Source: an uncultured Acidobacteriaceae bacterium
GTDB taxonomy: Bacteria; Acidobacteriota; Terriglobia; Terriglobales; Acidobacteriaceae
Reading direction: 5' to 3'
Length of the DNA: 64,000 nt
Assembly (NCBI GenBank): GCA_963772155.1
Contig: CAVYVX010000016.1
Coordinates: forward strand, 8,469-72,468
Below, in pieces: positions 34,091 through 42,765 of this stretch (the stretch's first letter is position 1; every line of letters starts with the position of its first letter). The position numbers were made by a program, and so were the translations under genes. The notes below the pieces were generated by a model. That model was not told the DNA's origin. It did no database searches and saw only the letters and a program-made list of their open reading frames with translations.

Positions 34091-36007
34091 TCATGGCGCG
34101 CTTTTCTCAGGCCGCTTGCCGACAATGTACTTCACCGGCCGCTTCATCATCTTCCACTGGCCCGTCGTTCGATCGAAGATGCAATTGCAGAAAGCCAGCC
34201 AGTCCTGGTTGTCGAGGGACGGCTTATCGGTGCGGAAATAGTATCCAGGCCACCGTGTCTCCTCGCGGAAGTACATGGACTGCACGTGGGCTTCGGCCTG
34301 GTGCAGGCGATGAACGCTCTCCCAGCAACGCATCAACTCGTGCGAGTTTTCGGCGGCCAGAAGCGCGGAGTCCGTCCTCAGAAATGCCAGAAGCTCCATG
34401 CCCTTTTCCAGGAGCTTGCCGCTGGTCTTGAACTGGCTCGACACGCCACCCGCATACTCGTCCATGATCTTCTGCAGGCGGTACATGAACTGTTTGGGAC
34501 GAAGATAGGCGGGGTTGACATCGGGGTCCGTGGTATTGGCTTGATTGGCCTGAAACACATCGAGGGGCTTGAGTATCTCGGACTTTAGAGTCTCGATCAA
34601 TGCGAGGTCAACCTGCGGGGCTGTGTTGTGGTCAGCGATGTAGGAAATGGCTCCTTTGGCCGCAATGCGCCCCTCGGTGAACGATCCCGAGGAGAACTTG
34701 TGACTCGATGCCCCGGACGCGTCGCCGGCGGCGAAGAGGCCAGCGACAGTGGTCATGTTGGGGTAACCCCAGCAGTACTCCGGCCTGGTCGCATCGTTCT
34801 GTAGGTCCGCGGGGCCGGAAACCCAGGCGCCGGAAGCGCCGGAGTGCGAACCGATGAAATAGGGCTCGCACGCCATGATCTCGGATGGTTTGACCTCGGG
34901 TTCGACATTGGTGGCGGCCCAGAGGATCGCTTGTGAGATGGTCATGTCGAGGAAGTCTTCCCACGCCTCCGACTCGAGTTCCTTGAGCTTCTTCTTGGCC
35001 GTTTTCTCGTCCGGCGACTCCTTTGCTATGCGCTGGATCGCGTCCGCCGTCTGCATGTAGATCGGCCCCTTGCCCTCCATCACGTCGAGCATCATGAGCC
35101 AGTTGCGCAGGTTCGCGGGCACGGGTTTGACGTGGCCGTAGGGTGCCCATTTGTCCAACTCGGCGGCGTTTTCGACCATGTAATCCTTGCCCGCGGCGTT
35201 GGTGGCGATGGCTTTGAAGAGCAGGAACCACGCACCCACCGGGCCGTAAGCGTCCTTGAAGCGCACCGGTATGAACCGGACTTCCTGGCAGGTCATCTCG
35301 GCCCCGGCGTAGATGGTGAAGAACGCGCTCGCTCCCGAGTTGAACGGCGGATACCAGGAGCGGCCGAACCCCTCTCCCGTGGAACGGGGCTTGAAGATAT
35401 GCACGGCGCCACCCATGGCCACCAGTGTGGCCTTGGCCTCGAACACGTACACGGTGTTCTCACGAGTGCTGAATCCGATTGCGCCCACGCACCGGTCGCC
35501 ATCCATCAACGGATGGGTCAGGAATACCCTCTCGAAGTACTGCCCTCCCGCTTCGGCCAGCGCGTTCTTGGCCGCTTCCGCCACGATGACCTTGTAGGAC
35601 TCGCCGTTGATCATCAACTGCCAGCGCCCCTCGTGCACGTACTTGCCATCCTTGTCCTTCCATATGGGAAGGCCCCACTTTTCAAAGAGGTGGACAGTGG
35701 AATCGACGTGGCGTGCGACGTTGGCGACGAGGTCCTCGCGTGTGATCCCCATCAAGTCGTTGCGGACGTAGTCGACATAGTCTTTCACGCTGTTGTTGCC
35801 GCTATTGAGGTCAACGTACATGTTGATGGCCGACAGCCCCATGGCGACGGCGCCGGACCGCTCCATCGCCGCCTTGTCCACCAACGTGACCTTCAGGCCG
35901 TGCTGGCGGGCCCAATAACTGGCTTCGACGGCCGCGCCGCAGGCAGCCATGCCCCCTCCGCAGATGAGTAGGTCCGTTTGCACGACTACGGTCTTGAAAT
36001 CAGCCAT
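34091..36007 (-). CDS. aprA: adenylylsulfate (APS) reductase alpha subunit
   Basis: FAD motif DLLICGGGMAACGAAVEA. Size and position directly after aprB. The ATG at 36005-36007 (MADFKT) lies 9 nt after AGGAG. Confidence 0.9.
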   Translation of the reverse strand: MADFKTVVVQTDLLICGGGMAACGAAVEASYWARQHGLKVTLVDKAAMERSGAVAMGLSAINMYVDLNSGNNSVKDYVDYVRNDLMGITREDLVANVARHVDSTVHLFEKWGLPIWKDKDGKYVHEGRWQLMINGESYKVIVAEAAKNALAEAGGQYFERVFLTHPLMDGDRCVGAIGFSTRENTVYVFEAKATLVAMGGAVHIFKPRSTGEGFGRSWYPPFNSGASAFFTIYAGAEMTCQEVRFIPVRFKDAYGPVGAWFLLFKAIATNAAGKDYMVENAAELDKWAPYGHVKPVPANLRNWLMMLDVMEGKGPIYMQTADAIQRIAKESPDEKTAKKKLKELESEAWEDFLDMTISQAILWAATNVEPEVKPSEIMACEPYFIGSHSGASGAWVSGPADLQNDATRPEYCWGYPNMTTVAGLFAAGDASGASSHKFSSGSFTEGRIAAKGAISYIADHNTAPQVDLALIETLKSEILKPLDVFQANQANTTDPDVNPAYLRPKQFMYRLQKIMDEYAGGVSSQFKTSGKLLEKGMELLAFLRTDSALLAAENSHELMRCWESVHRLHQAEAHVQSMYFREETRWPGYYFRTDKPSLDNQDWLAFCNCIFDRTTGQWKMMKRPVKYIVGKRPEKSAP

Positions 36008-36046
36008 GTTCATGTTCTCCTTAGGACTTTCCGAATCCTGAAACAC

Positions 36047-36514
36047 CTACAGTGTGGGAACCTTGTCTAGTTTGACCCGTCCAACTTCCGTGTTCAAACC
36101 CGCGGGCTCACACATCAATGTTGGACTCTTGAGATCGGCGTCGGCGGTCGGGTATTGATCGAAGGGCTTGGCTTTGCCCTCCGCAACGCCTCGTCGAATG
36201 GGGAAATTGAAACGCTTGGGCCGGATGTCCTGGTTGCGGAATTGCACGGTCCACAGGATGTCCTCGCTGCTTCGCATCGCGGTCACGTTCGCGCCCAGGG
36301 GAATGAAATCGGCATACCCGCGGACCTCGATGGCCTGCGTGGGACAGATCTTTACGCAGTTGTAACATTCCCAGCACATCGAGGGATCGCGGTTGTAGGC
36401 CTTCATGATCTGCGAGTTCAGCACCATGAGGTCGTTGGGGCAGATATACTGGCAGGCGGTCTTGTCGAGCGCCTTGCATCCGTCACATTTGTTCGCGATA
36501 ACAAAACTGGGCAT
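36047..36514 (-). CDS. aprB: adenylylsulfate (APS) reductase beta subunit
   Basis: MPSFVIANKCDGCKALDKTACQYICPNDLM...CWECYNCVKICP plus the characteristic C-terminal tail. Confidence 0.9.
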   Translation of the reverse strand: MPSFVIANKCDGCKALDKTACQYICPNDLMVLNSQIMKAYNRDPSMCWECYNCVKICPTQAIEVRGYADFIPLGANVTAMRSSEDILWTVQFRNQDIRPKRFNFPIRRGVAEGKAKPFDQYPTADADLKSPTLMCEPAGLNTEVGRVKLDKVPTL

Positions 36515-37080
36515 TTTGCCTCCGGGGTTCAGAAGGGTCGCTAGGGTAATGTGTGATCTCCAAATCGTAGAGCATCCGTGCGGAAGCTCAATGGGAGAAT
36601 TGCAACGCCGAGGGATATCCAGGATCTCCCAATGCCCACCAAGTCACGGACCAACTTGCCGCTAAGGCCGGAACCCAAATTCGAGATATGTTCTTTTCCT
36701 CGACGGAATCCGCTGAGCTTCATTTCTTTCATGGCGGTGATCATAATATATGAAGAAGCTAAACGGGGGTCTGTGAGCCACGTCACGTACCATGTTGCGG
36801 GCAGGCACCGGTGAGCTTCTCTTTGAAATATCCTTTGCCGCCGGGAACTTCGGACTGACCGCAGGTCTGTGCGCGGCATCACTGACAGCCGGCCTTCCCA
36901 AATTGCAGACTCAGGGAGTGTTCATCCGGGCAGGTGTGTGCAAGGGCCGGACTTCCAGTGTGCGGAGCCAGAAGAGGAAGGCCAATCTCTGCGCCGTTTT
37001 TGGGGCCGAGGGCCGCGCAAGGAGTCCATTGCCTTCCCTCTCTGGCGTCGGCCTAAGAACCTGTCCAGAAACTGTTGGGT

Positions 37081-37240
37081 TTTGAAGGGTACGGGCTTCA
37101 GCCCGTACGTACAAGCGCAAAATGACAGCGGGCTTTAGCCCCCGAGGGGCGGCATGGCTCGCGAACCCATTCCCTCAGCGGCTGAAAGCCGCGTCGTTTT
37201 GTAGCCTCAACGGACGGGCTGAAGCCCGTCCCCTTCAAAA
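37081..37240. repeat. composite palindromic element (hairpin-containing inverted arms)
   Basis: Left arm TTTGAAGGGTACGGGCTTCAGCCCGTAC (37081-37108). Right arm GACGGGCTGAAGCCCGTCCCCTTCAAA (37213-37239), 26 of 27 complementary. Two further hairpins lie between them. Confidence 0.65.
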
Positions 37241-37318
37241 CGTAAGTTTTTGGACAGGTTCTAATAACGTGAATGCAGGCTGGAAGATATCCGTATGCTC
37301 GGCTAGGATGACCCCGCT

Positions 37319-39991
37319 ATGGAAACCGTCATAGGGACGGAAATTCGCGATTTCAGGCTGCGCGGCAACTACGTTAATCAGCGCAGCCTCCTGTCCGGGA
37401 TAGACCCGCATTCTCGCAGGATGGAAGACATAGTTCCGGACAGCCCGGAATACTCCCCGGCCGTGGTCGAGTTCGAACTTCACGATGGTCAAACCGGCAG
37501 CATCGTGGTCAGTGAAGTCGATATTCCTCTACTATGCGACGATGATTTTGAAAAAGCGAAAGCGCACCTTGGGCTGCTTCTGAATGCCCGTCAAGGTGAC
37601 GCTGAGGCTGCGAAGAAGCTTGCTTCGCAGGCGCAAGAACAACGCTTGGCAGCGGAGCGAATTCAACCATCCGAAAGCGGTTTTGTCGTTCCCTCAACGA
37701 GCTGTGAGACCCACTCGGAGCAGGACATAAGTCAAAAGGCATTCGTCCTCCTGAAACTAAGCCAACTTGGCTATCCTGTGCCGGACTTCGTCGTACTTAC
37801 GTCCCAGACTTATGCCGAGCGTGCCCAGCGCTTCGAGGAGCACATCGCGGACGCCATCAAGCAACTCGAAATCCTCACCATGCGGAGACTGGGAGACTGC
37901 GAGAGGCCGCTCGTCTTCGCGATTCGCTGCGCCACGCCCCACTATATTCCCGGAATCCTGGACACTTATCTCAACGTCGGCGTGACCGAAAGTACGTTGC
38001 CCAGTTTGGAGAAGATGTACGGCCCGGTGGCCGCGCGCAAGATGTTTCTGAATAACCTCAGAAACCTGTGCCAGGCCCTCTACCATGACAAGCATGTTGC
38101 GATTATCAAGGCCGTCAAGTCCGACCTGCGTCCCGATAAGGTTGAGCGTCTCGTGGAACGGCTGTCGGAGGTCGTCAGGAAAACCGACCGGAGATTAATT
38201 GAGGATGCCTTTTTTCAGGCCACCTTTTTTGCCAGGCAGGCCTACGAGCATTTTGAAAAGAACCTGGAACTCGTGCTCACACTGTGCCGAGGCGCGGAAC
38301 ATTATCCCAGTCTCATTTTGCAGAAAATGATTTGCACGGTCCGGCACGAAAATGCCTATGCCGGAGTCGTCTCCAGCCGCAATACGCAAACGGGTTTGGG
38401 CATAGAACTGCAAACCACCCGCAATATTTTCGGCGAAGAGATGATGACGGGAACAGCCGAGATCCAAACGACCTCTTTCGAGGACCGCGAGGCAATCAAG
38501 GACGCCTTTCCCGCCGTCTATCATTTTGTCCCACGCCTCAGGGACCTGGAGCGGGAGTTTGAGTCCCCTGTAACCATCGAGTTCGCGGTCGAAGCCACGG
38601 AAAGACAGCAATTGTTCGCGCTCCTGCAACTGAATCAGACGGGAATGGCGGGGCGAGCGGCAATTACTTCGGTGGTGGACATGCACAAGTCGGGGACAAT
38701 ATCGCGGCAACGCGTGACCGAGCTCATCCGGCCCTACCACCTCAGGCAGCTAACCAGCGACACCATCGACCAGGACGCTTTCCTTGTGCTTAAGAGCTTC
38801 TGCTCGGGATTCGCGGTTTTGCCCAGATCGGCAGTCTCGGCGCGCGTTTACTTCACGGGTGACCGCGCTTTGAAAGCCAAGATCCGGGGCGAGACGGTAT
38901 GTCTTTGCAAGAAGACGTTTTCGCCCACCGACACTGTGGTGATGCGCGAGATGGATGCAATCATAAGCCTGACCTCGGCCGCGGTGCACGTAGTCACTAT
39001 CTGCCAGAGCTTGGGCGTCCCGGCCCTGCTCAGCCTTGAGAAAAACGGCGCAACCTTGCTGCCTGACGGGCGCCTGGTTAATTCCTTCGGGATGGAAATC
39101 AGGGAGGGGGATTGGATCACGGTTTCCTCCAGGCGAAGAACTCTTTACGAAGGGAAGGCGAAGTTCAAGCCCGCCAGACTCTTGCGCTACATGAGGGGAG
39201 AGCCGGTCGAGCTGGATGAGGAAGAGCGGAAAGTCTTTGCCGCTATGGCCTATTCATACCGCTACTACAAGCAGTTGACCCGGGGCCTCGAGGTCGATCA
39301 GATCTCCACCCTCAGCGAAGTCGTCAGGCTGGTTGACTTCGAGCTGCGCGGCGAATCGGAAGAAGCCAGGCAACTGGTCAACGGCTGGTTCGACGAACGC
39401 GAAGCGTTGTACATGGAAGAGGTCCTGAAGAGCGACATCGGCGACCACCTCGGGCAAAGCAACGTTTTCGAGATGCTCACCTTGGACCGGAAGATCAGGT
39501 TCTTCAAGCAGGCCCTGGCCAAGTGCTCTGGTCAACGCATCTCCGGCTACGAGGCGGGCGCTTTCATGCTGGGCCGCTTCTTGTGCTTGCGCTATCCCGC
39601 CGCTTTCTGGAAGTGCTTTACCCCATCCGAGATCGGGCTGCTCGTGAATGAGTGGGTCCTCTTCGAGAAATACATGCAGGTCTTGCAGAACGTAGGCGAG
39701 AGAAAAATTCTACTGGCGCGAAAGCAGATCCTCAAGCGTGGGCTCGAACAGCTTTCGCTTAACCCCGGCAACTTGCAACCACTCATCACGCTTAAACTGA
39801 GCGGCGTCAAGCTGGAGGAAGCGAAAGAGTCTTTGCCCGAATGGAGCGATCCCCAGTCCAAGCGGGTGCTCGAACTTCTGCAACAGCCGTACCGCGTTTT
39901 TTACGATTTCAACGCGGCATGGTCCGTCAGCCAACTGGAGAAGATCTGCCGCGAAGAAGGCCTCCCCTTACCGGGCCCCGATGCCTGCTAG
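37319..39991 (+). CDS. PPDK-like dikinase: ATP-grasp (PPDK_N) plus phosphohistidine swivel domain, no PEP/pyruvate TIM barrel, novel N- and C-terminal regions
   Basis: [32 protein letters not shown] aligns with PPDK [48 protein letters not shown] aligns with SHAAVVARGMG (His at 38987-38989). No RTEHMF, GSNDLTQ or CGE motifs after residue 618. Confidence 0.7.
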   Translation: [890 protein letters not shown]

Positions 39992-42523
39992 AGTGGCCGG
40001 CCCCGGCGCCGTGGGCCGCGACTTCAAGCCGTATAGATAATCGCGGTCAATGATCGATTCCATCTCCCGCAGCACTTCGGGAAGTTCCTTTCCGTCCCTG
40101 GCGGCAATCAGGCGGCCCAGCGCGAGCGACAGGGAAAGCACCGCATTCATGCCGAGATTCGCCTTTCTCTGCATGATCTGGATCTTCTCCTCCACGCTCG
40201 CGTTGGGAGCGATCTTGCCGCGTTTCATGGCGAGATCCAGTTCCAGCAGCAAAAGCTCGCGGTCGATGTCGACGAGCGTGCCGAGCGCCGAGATCTTCTG
40301 TCCCAGAAAACGGGGGGCGAGCACTTCGGTCACGTTGGCCACCGCGTTGAGGCACCCTTTCCCGTTGTAACGCTTTGCCCTCATCCAGAGGTCGCCCAGT
40401 TCGCGATTTTTCCTGGTGACGTTCTCGGCCTTCACGTTGGCGGCAAAGCGGTAGGTCTTTTCTTTCTCCTTGAAGACGAAATAGTCCGGGAATTTCCGCG
40501 TGAGCGGATTGGCCTCGATAATGCTGTCGACCAAGTGGATGGCCTCATCCGTCCCCGCCGAGGTGCCCAGGGGCGTGGCCGCGGAGAACTTCATCCCGTT
40601 GTCGAGCGTCACGACCACTCCCACGGTTGGGATGCCCGCGTTCGTTGGCTCCTCGTGAGCGGAAATGTCGGCGATCATGAGATCGGGATCGAGCTTCCGC
40701 GTGATCTTGATCCCCTTCTTCGCCATTTCCATCAATTCGACTATTCTTCCGTACTTGACCAGCCTTTCCGTGTTGGCCCCGCCTCCACATTTCAGGCCGA
40801 GCGCGCCCACCGCGAAACTGATGTCGGCTTCCATTACTTCGTTGGGAGATTTGGAGCGGTGGGATACCACCAAAGCCAGCCCCAACTGCTTCGCCATGCG
40901 AGTGGCCAGCAGGGTCTCACTCAGCGTGCCGATCTGATTGGCTTTAATCAGGGCAGTATTGATGAGCCCTTGCTCGGCGCACCTTTGGATCGTGGTGTCC
41001 TTCGTCGTCACCAAATCGTCCCCGATGATGAGGATCTCCTGGTCGAGGGCCTTCATCAGCTTCTTCCATCCTTCGTAGTCGTCCTCGGCGAAGGGGTCTT
41101 CCAACGAGACGATGGGATATTTCTTTACCCAACTAATGTATAGGTCGACCATTTCGTCCGTGCTCAGGACCTTGGGGTCCTCAGCTCGCCAGAAGAGGTA
41201 CTGGCCGATCGACTCCTTCTCGCCGGTCTTCTCCCGGTAAGCACTGCTGAGTTCACTGGCGGCCGGATCAAGCGCGATGCAAACATCCTGATCGGGGACA
41301 AAGCCACATTCCTCGATGGCCTGCACGGCCACCCTTAATGACCTCTCTTCGGGGAGTAAATCGCCCTTCTCCTTGGCATAGGAGGCGACGATTCCTCCTT
41401 CCAGGCCTACGCCCACAAAATTGAGCCCTTCCGTATCCTGAATTATCTGGATTGCCCGGCTTTGCAGAAGATTGGTGACTCGCTGCGCCTCAATGTAGTC
41501 TTTGGCGGTGAGGGGAAGGAACATCAACTCCTGGAAGCTCAGGTTGCCGCCCATCTCCTCGGTGTGACGCCCGCCCATGATGCAGTTTCTGAACTCCCAT
41601 GGGGCAAACACAATCTTTCCGTCCGCCAGTTCCAGCTCCTGGAGCCGGTGCAGCCTGAGCTTGCGCCGCAGCTCGGCTGGCTTGACCGAGCGCGCCTCTT
41701 GCGTCTCGCCGACTGGCTCCGTGGCCCGCACTTCCGCCACCCTGGCTGCCGCCTCTCTTTGCCTCTCCTGGAACGCCTTGTATTTCCCTGCGTCCGAGAG
41801 CAGGAAGTCGAAGAGGGCAACCACCCCAATGGTGAACAGGGCCCTTCCCACGTACACCGCTGCCGGCAACGCCGTGTACAGGCCCAGCATGATCAGAACG
41901 ATTCCCGGCAAGAATGTGAACTGACTAAGTATCTTGCTCGCTCTTGGCCCCGCCGCCGACACAGCCAAATTCTGCGTCTTCACCGCCGGGTGGAAGCTCC
42001 CCGCCTCCTTATGTACTCCCGGGAAAGTTCCGTACGGGATTTTCACGAACATCTCGAGATACCAGAGCCACCTGCCAAGCGGCCCTTGCTTCAGTTTTTC
42101 CTCCGCCGGCGCCGCCAGCTCCGGTCTCAGATTGTTGGTCTTGACCGCCGTCAGATAGTGCCCCATCTCGTGGATGGCAATATTGCAATGCCATGCCATA
42201 TACCACATCGCAGAGGAGATCACGACTTCAATGCTGAGAAACATCTGCCGCATGACGTCGAATTTCGATGCCACGTGGAGAGAAATGCTTAGTAAGGAGG
42301 TCAGGAAGGCGGCGTGGAAGGAAACCAGCTTGTGGTTGGCGATGATCCAGCCACGATCCAGGCGCGCAGTGTCGCTCGCCTCACGGGTCCACGCGAAAAT
42401 ACGCTCGGGGAGTCCGCGCAACGCCCGAACAATCCCAGCCGGGAGCTGTCTCCGGCGGCTGTTCTGATGTGGATGAGCGGATTGAACGACGGGGTCTTTC
42501 GACGGCCCGGAGTAATTCGGCAT
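39968..42523 (-). CDS. membrane HExxH (M50-like) domain fused to a circularly permuted enolase (C-terminal barrel first, N-terminal domain last)
   Basis: ATG at 42521-42523 lies 5 nt after GGAGA. The track start at 42649 is inside a MITE terminus. HEMGH at 42158-42172. Barrel motifs FQELMF, GLEGG, ALDPAASE, YPIVSLEDP, IIGDDL, LIKANQIGT, SHRS and LKCGG come before the N-domain motifs GIPTVGVVV, PLGTSAGTDEA, RYNGKGCLNAV and ANLGMNAVLSLSLA. Confidence 0.75.
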   Translation of the reverse strand: MPNYSGPSKDPVVQSAHPHQNSRRRQLPAGIVRALRGLPERIFAWTREASDTARLDRGWIIANHKLVSFHAAFLTSLLSISLHVASKFDVMRQMFLSIEVVISSAMWYMAWHCNIAIHEMGHYLTAVKTNNLRPELAAPAEEKLKQGPLGRWLWYLEMFVKIPYGTFPGVHKEAGSFHPAVKTQNLAVSAAGPRASKILSQFTFLPGIVLIMLGLYTALPAAVYVGRALFTIGVVALFDFLLSDAGKYKAFQERQREAAARVAEVRATEPVGETQEARSVKPAELRRKLRLHRLQELELADGKIVFAPWEFRNCIMGGRHTEEMGGNLSFQELMFLPLTAKDYIEAQRVTNLLQSRAIQIIQDTEGLNFVGVGLEGGIVASYAKEKGDLLPEERSLRVAVQAIEECGFVPDQDVCIALDPAASELSSAYREKTGEKESIGQYLFWRAEDPKVLSTDEMVDLYISWVKKYPIVSLEDPFAEDDYEGWKKLMKALDQEILIIGDDLVTTKDTTIQRCAEQGLINTALIKANQIGTLSETLLATRMAKQLGLALVVSHRSKSPNEVMEADISFAVGALGLKCGGGANTERLVKYGRIVELMEMAKKGIKITRKLDPDLMIADISAHEEPTNAGIPTVGVVVTLDNGMKFSAATPLGTSAGTDEAIHLVDSIIEANPLTRKFPDYFVFKEKEKTYRFAANVKAENVTRKNRELGDLWMRAKRYNGKGCLNAVANVTEVLAPRFLGQKISALGTLVDIDRELLLLELDLAMKRGKIAPNASVEEKIQIMQRKANLGMNAVLSLSLALGRLIAARDGKELPEVLREMESIIDRDYLYGLKSRPTAPGPATLAGIGAR

Positions 42524-42639
42524 GGCGTTCTCCAGTGACTGGGCGACAGCGCTGCGATTCGCCTGCAGTCCGCAAACTCGCTGCTCTGATTCGAGGACCA
42601 TTCCCAAATCGGCTTGGGATCGGTGTGCATCCCCTAGAA

Positions 42640-42765
42640 CTGGTTTCATAAATTAGGTTTTGGGCAGGGCACGACTTCAGCCGTGCCGCTCAGGGCCGCA
42701 ATTGATGTGGGCTTTAGCCCCTGAGGGCCTGGCTCCCCGTTCCGAAAAAACGTTTATGAAACCAG
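42640..42765. mobile_element. MITE-like element, same family as 4571-4748 (opposite orientation)
   Basis: 13-bp perfect termini CTGGTTTCATAAA (42640-42652) and TTTATGAAACCAG (42753-42765). The interior is homologous to the reverse complement of 4571-4748. Confidence 0.7.

Noticed and set aside
36515-37080. Promoter or leader element upstream of aprB
   Set aside because: An AT-rich stretch near 36740-36760 contains TATATT-like strings, but I found no convincing -35/-10 pair at proper spacing and no recognisable riboswitch. Left unannotated.
42524-42649. Upstream 42 codons of the permuted-enolase ORF (track start at 42649)
   Set aside because: The ATG at 42647-42649 is part of the MITE terminus (TTTATGAAACCAG read on the minus strand). 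The ATG at 42523 has a GGAGA RBS.
28843-42765. Presence of sat, dsrAB or a pyrophosphatase in the sulfur neighbourhood
   Set aside because: I looked for ATP sulfurylase, DsrAB and HppA-like ORFs among all listed translations and found none in this window. They may lie elsewhere in the genome.
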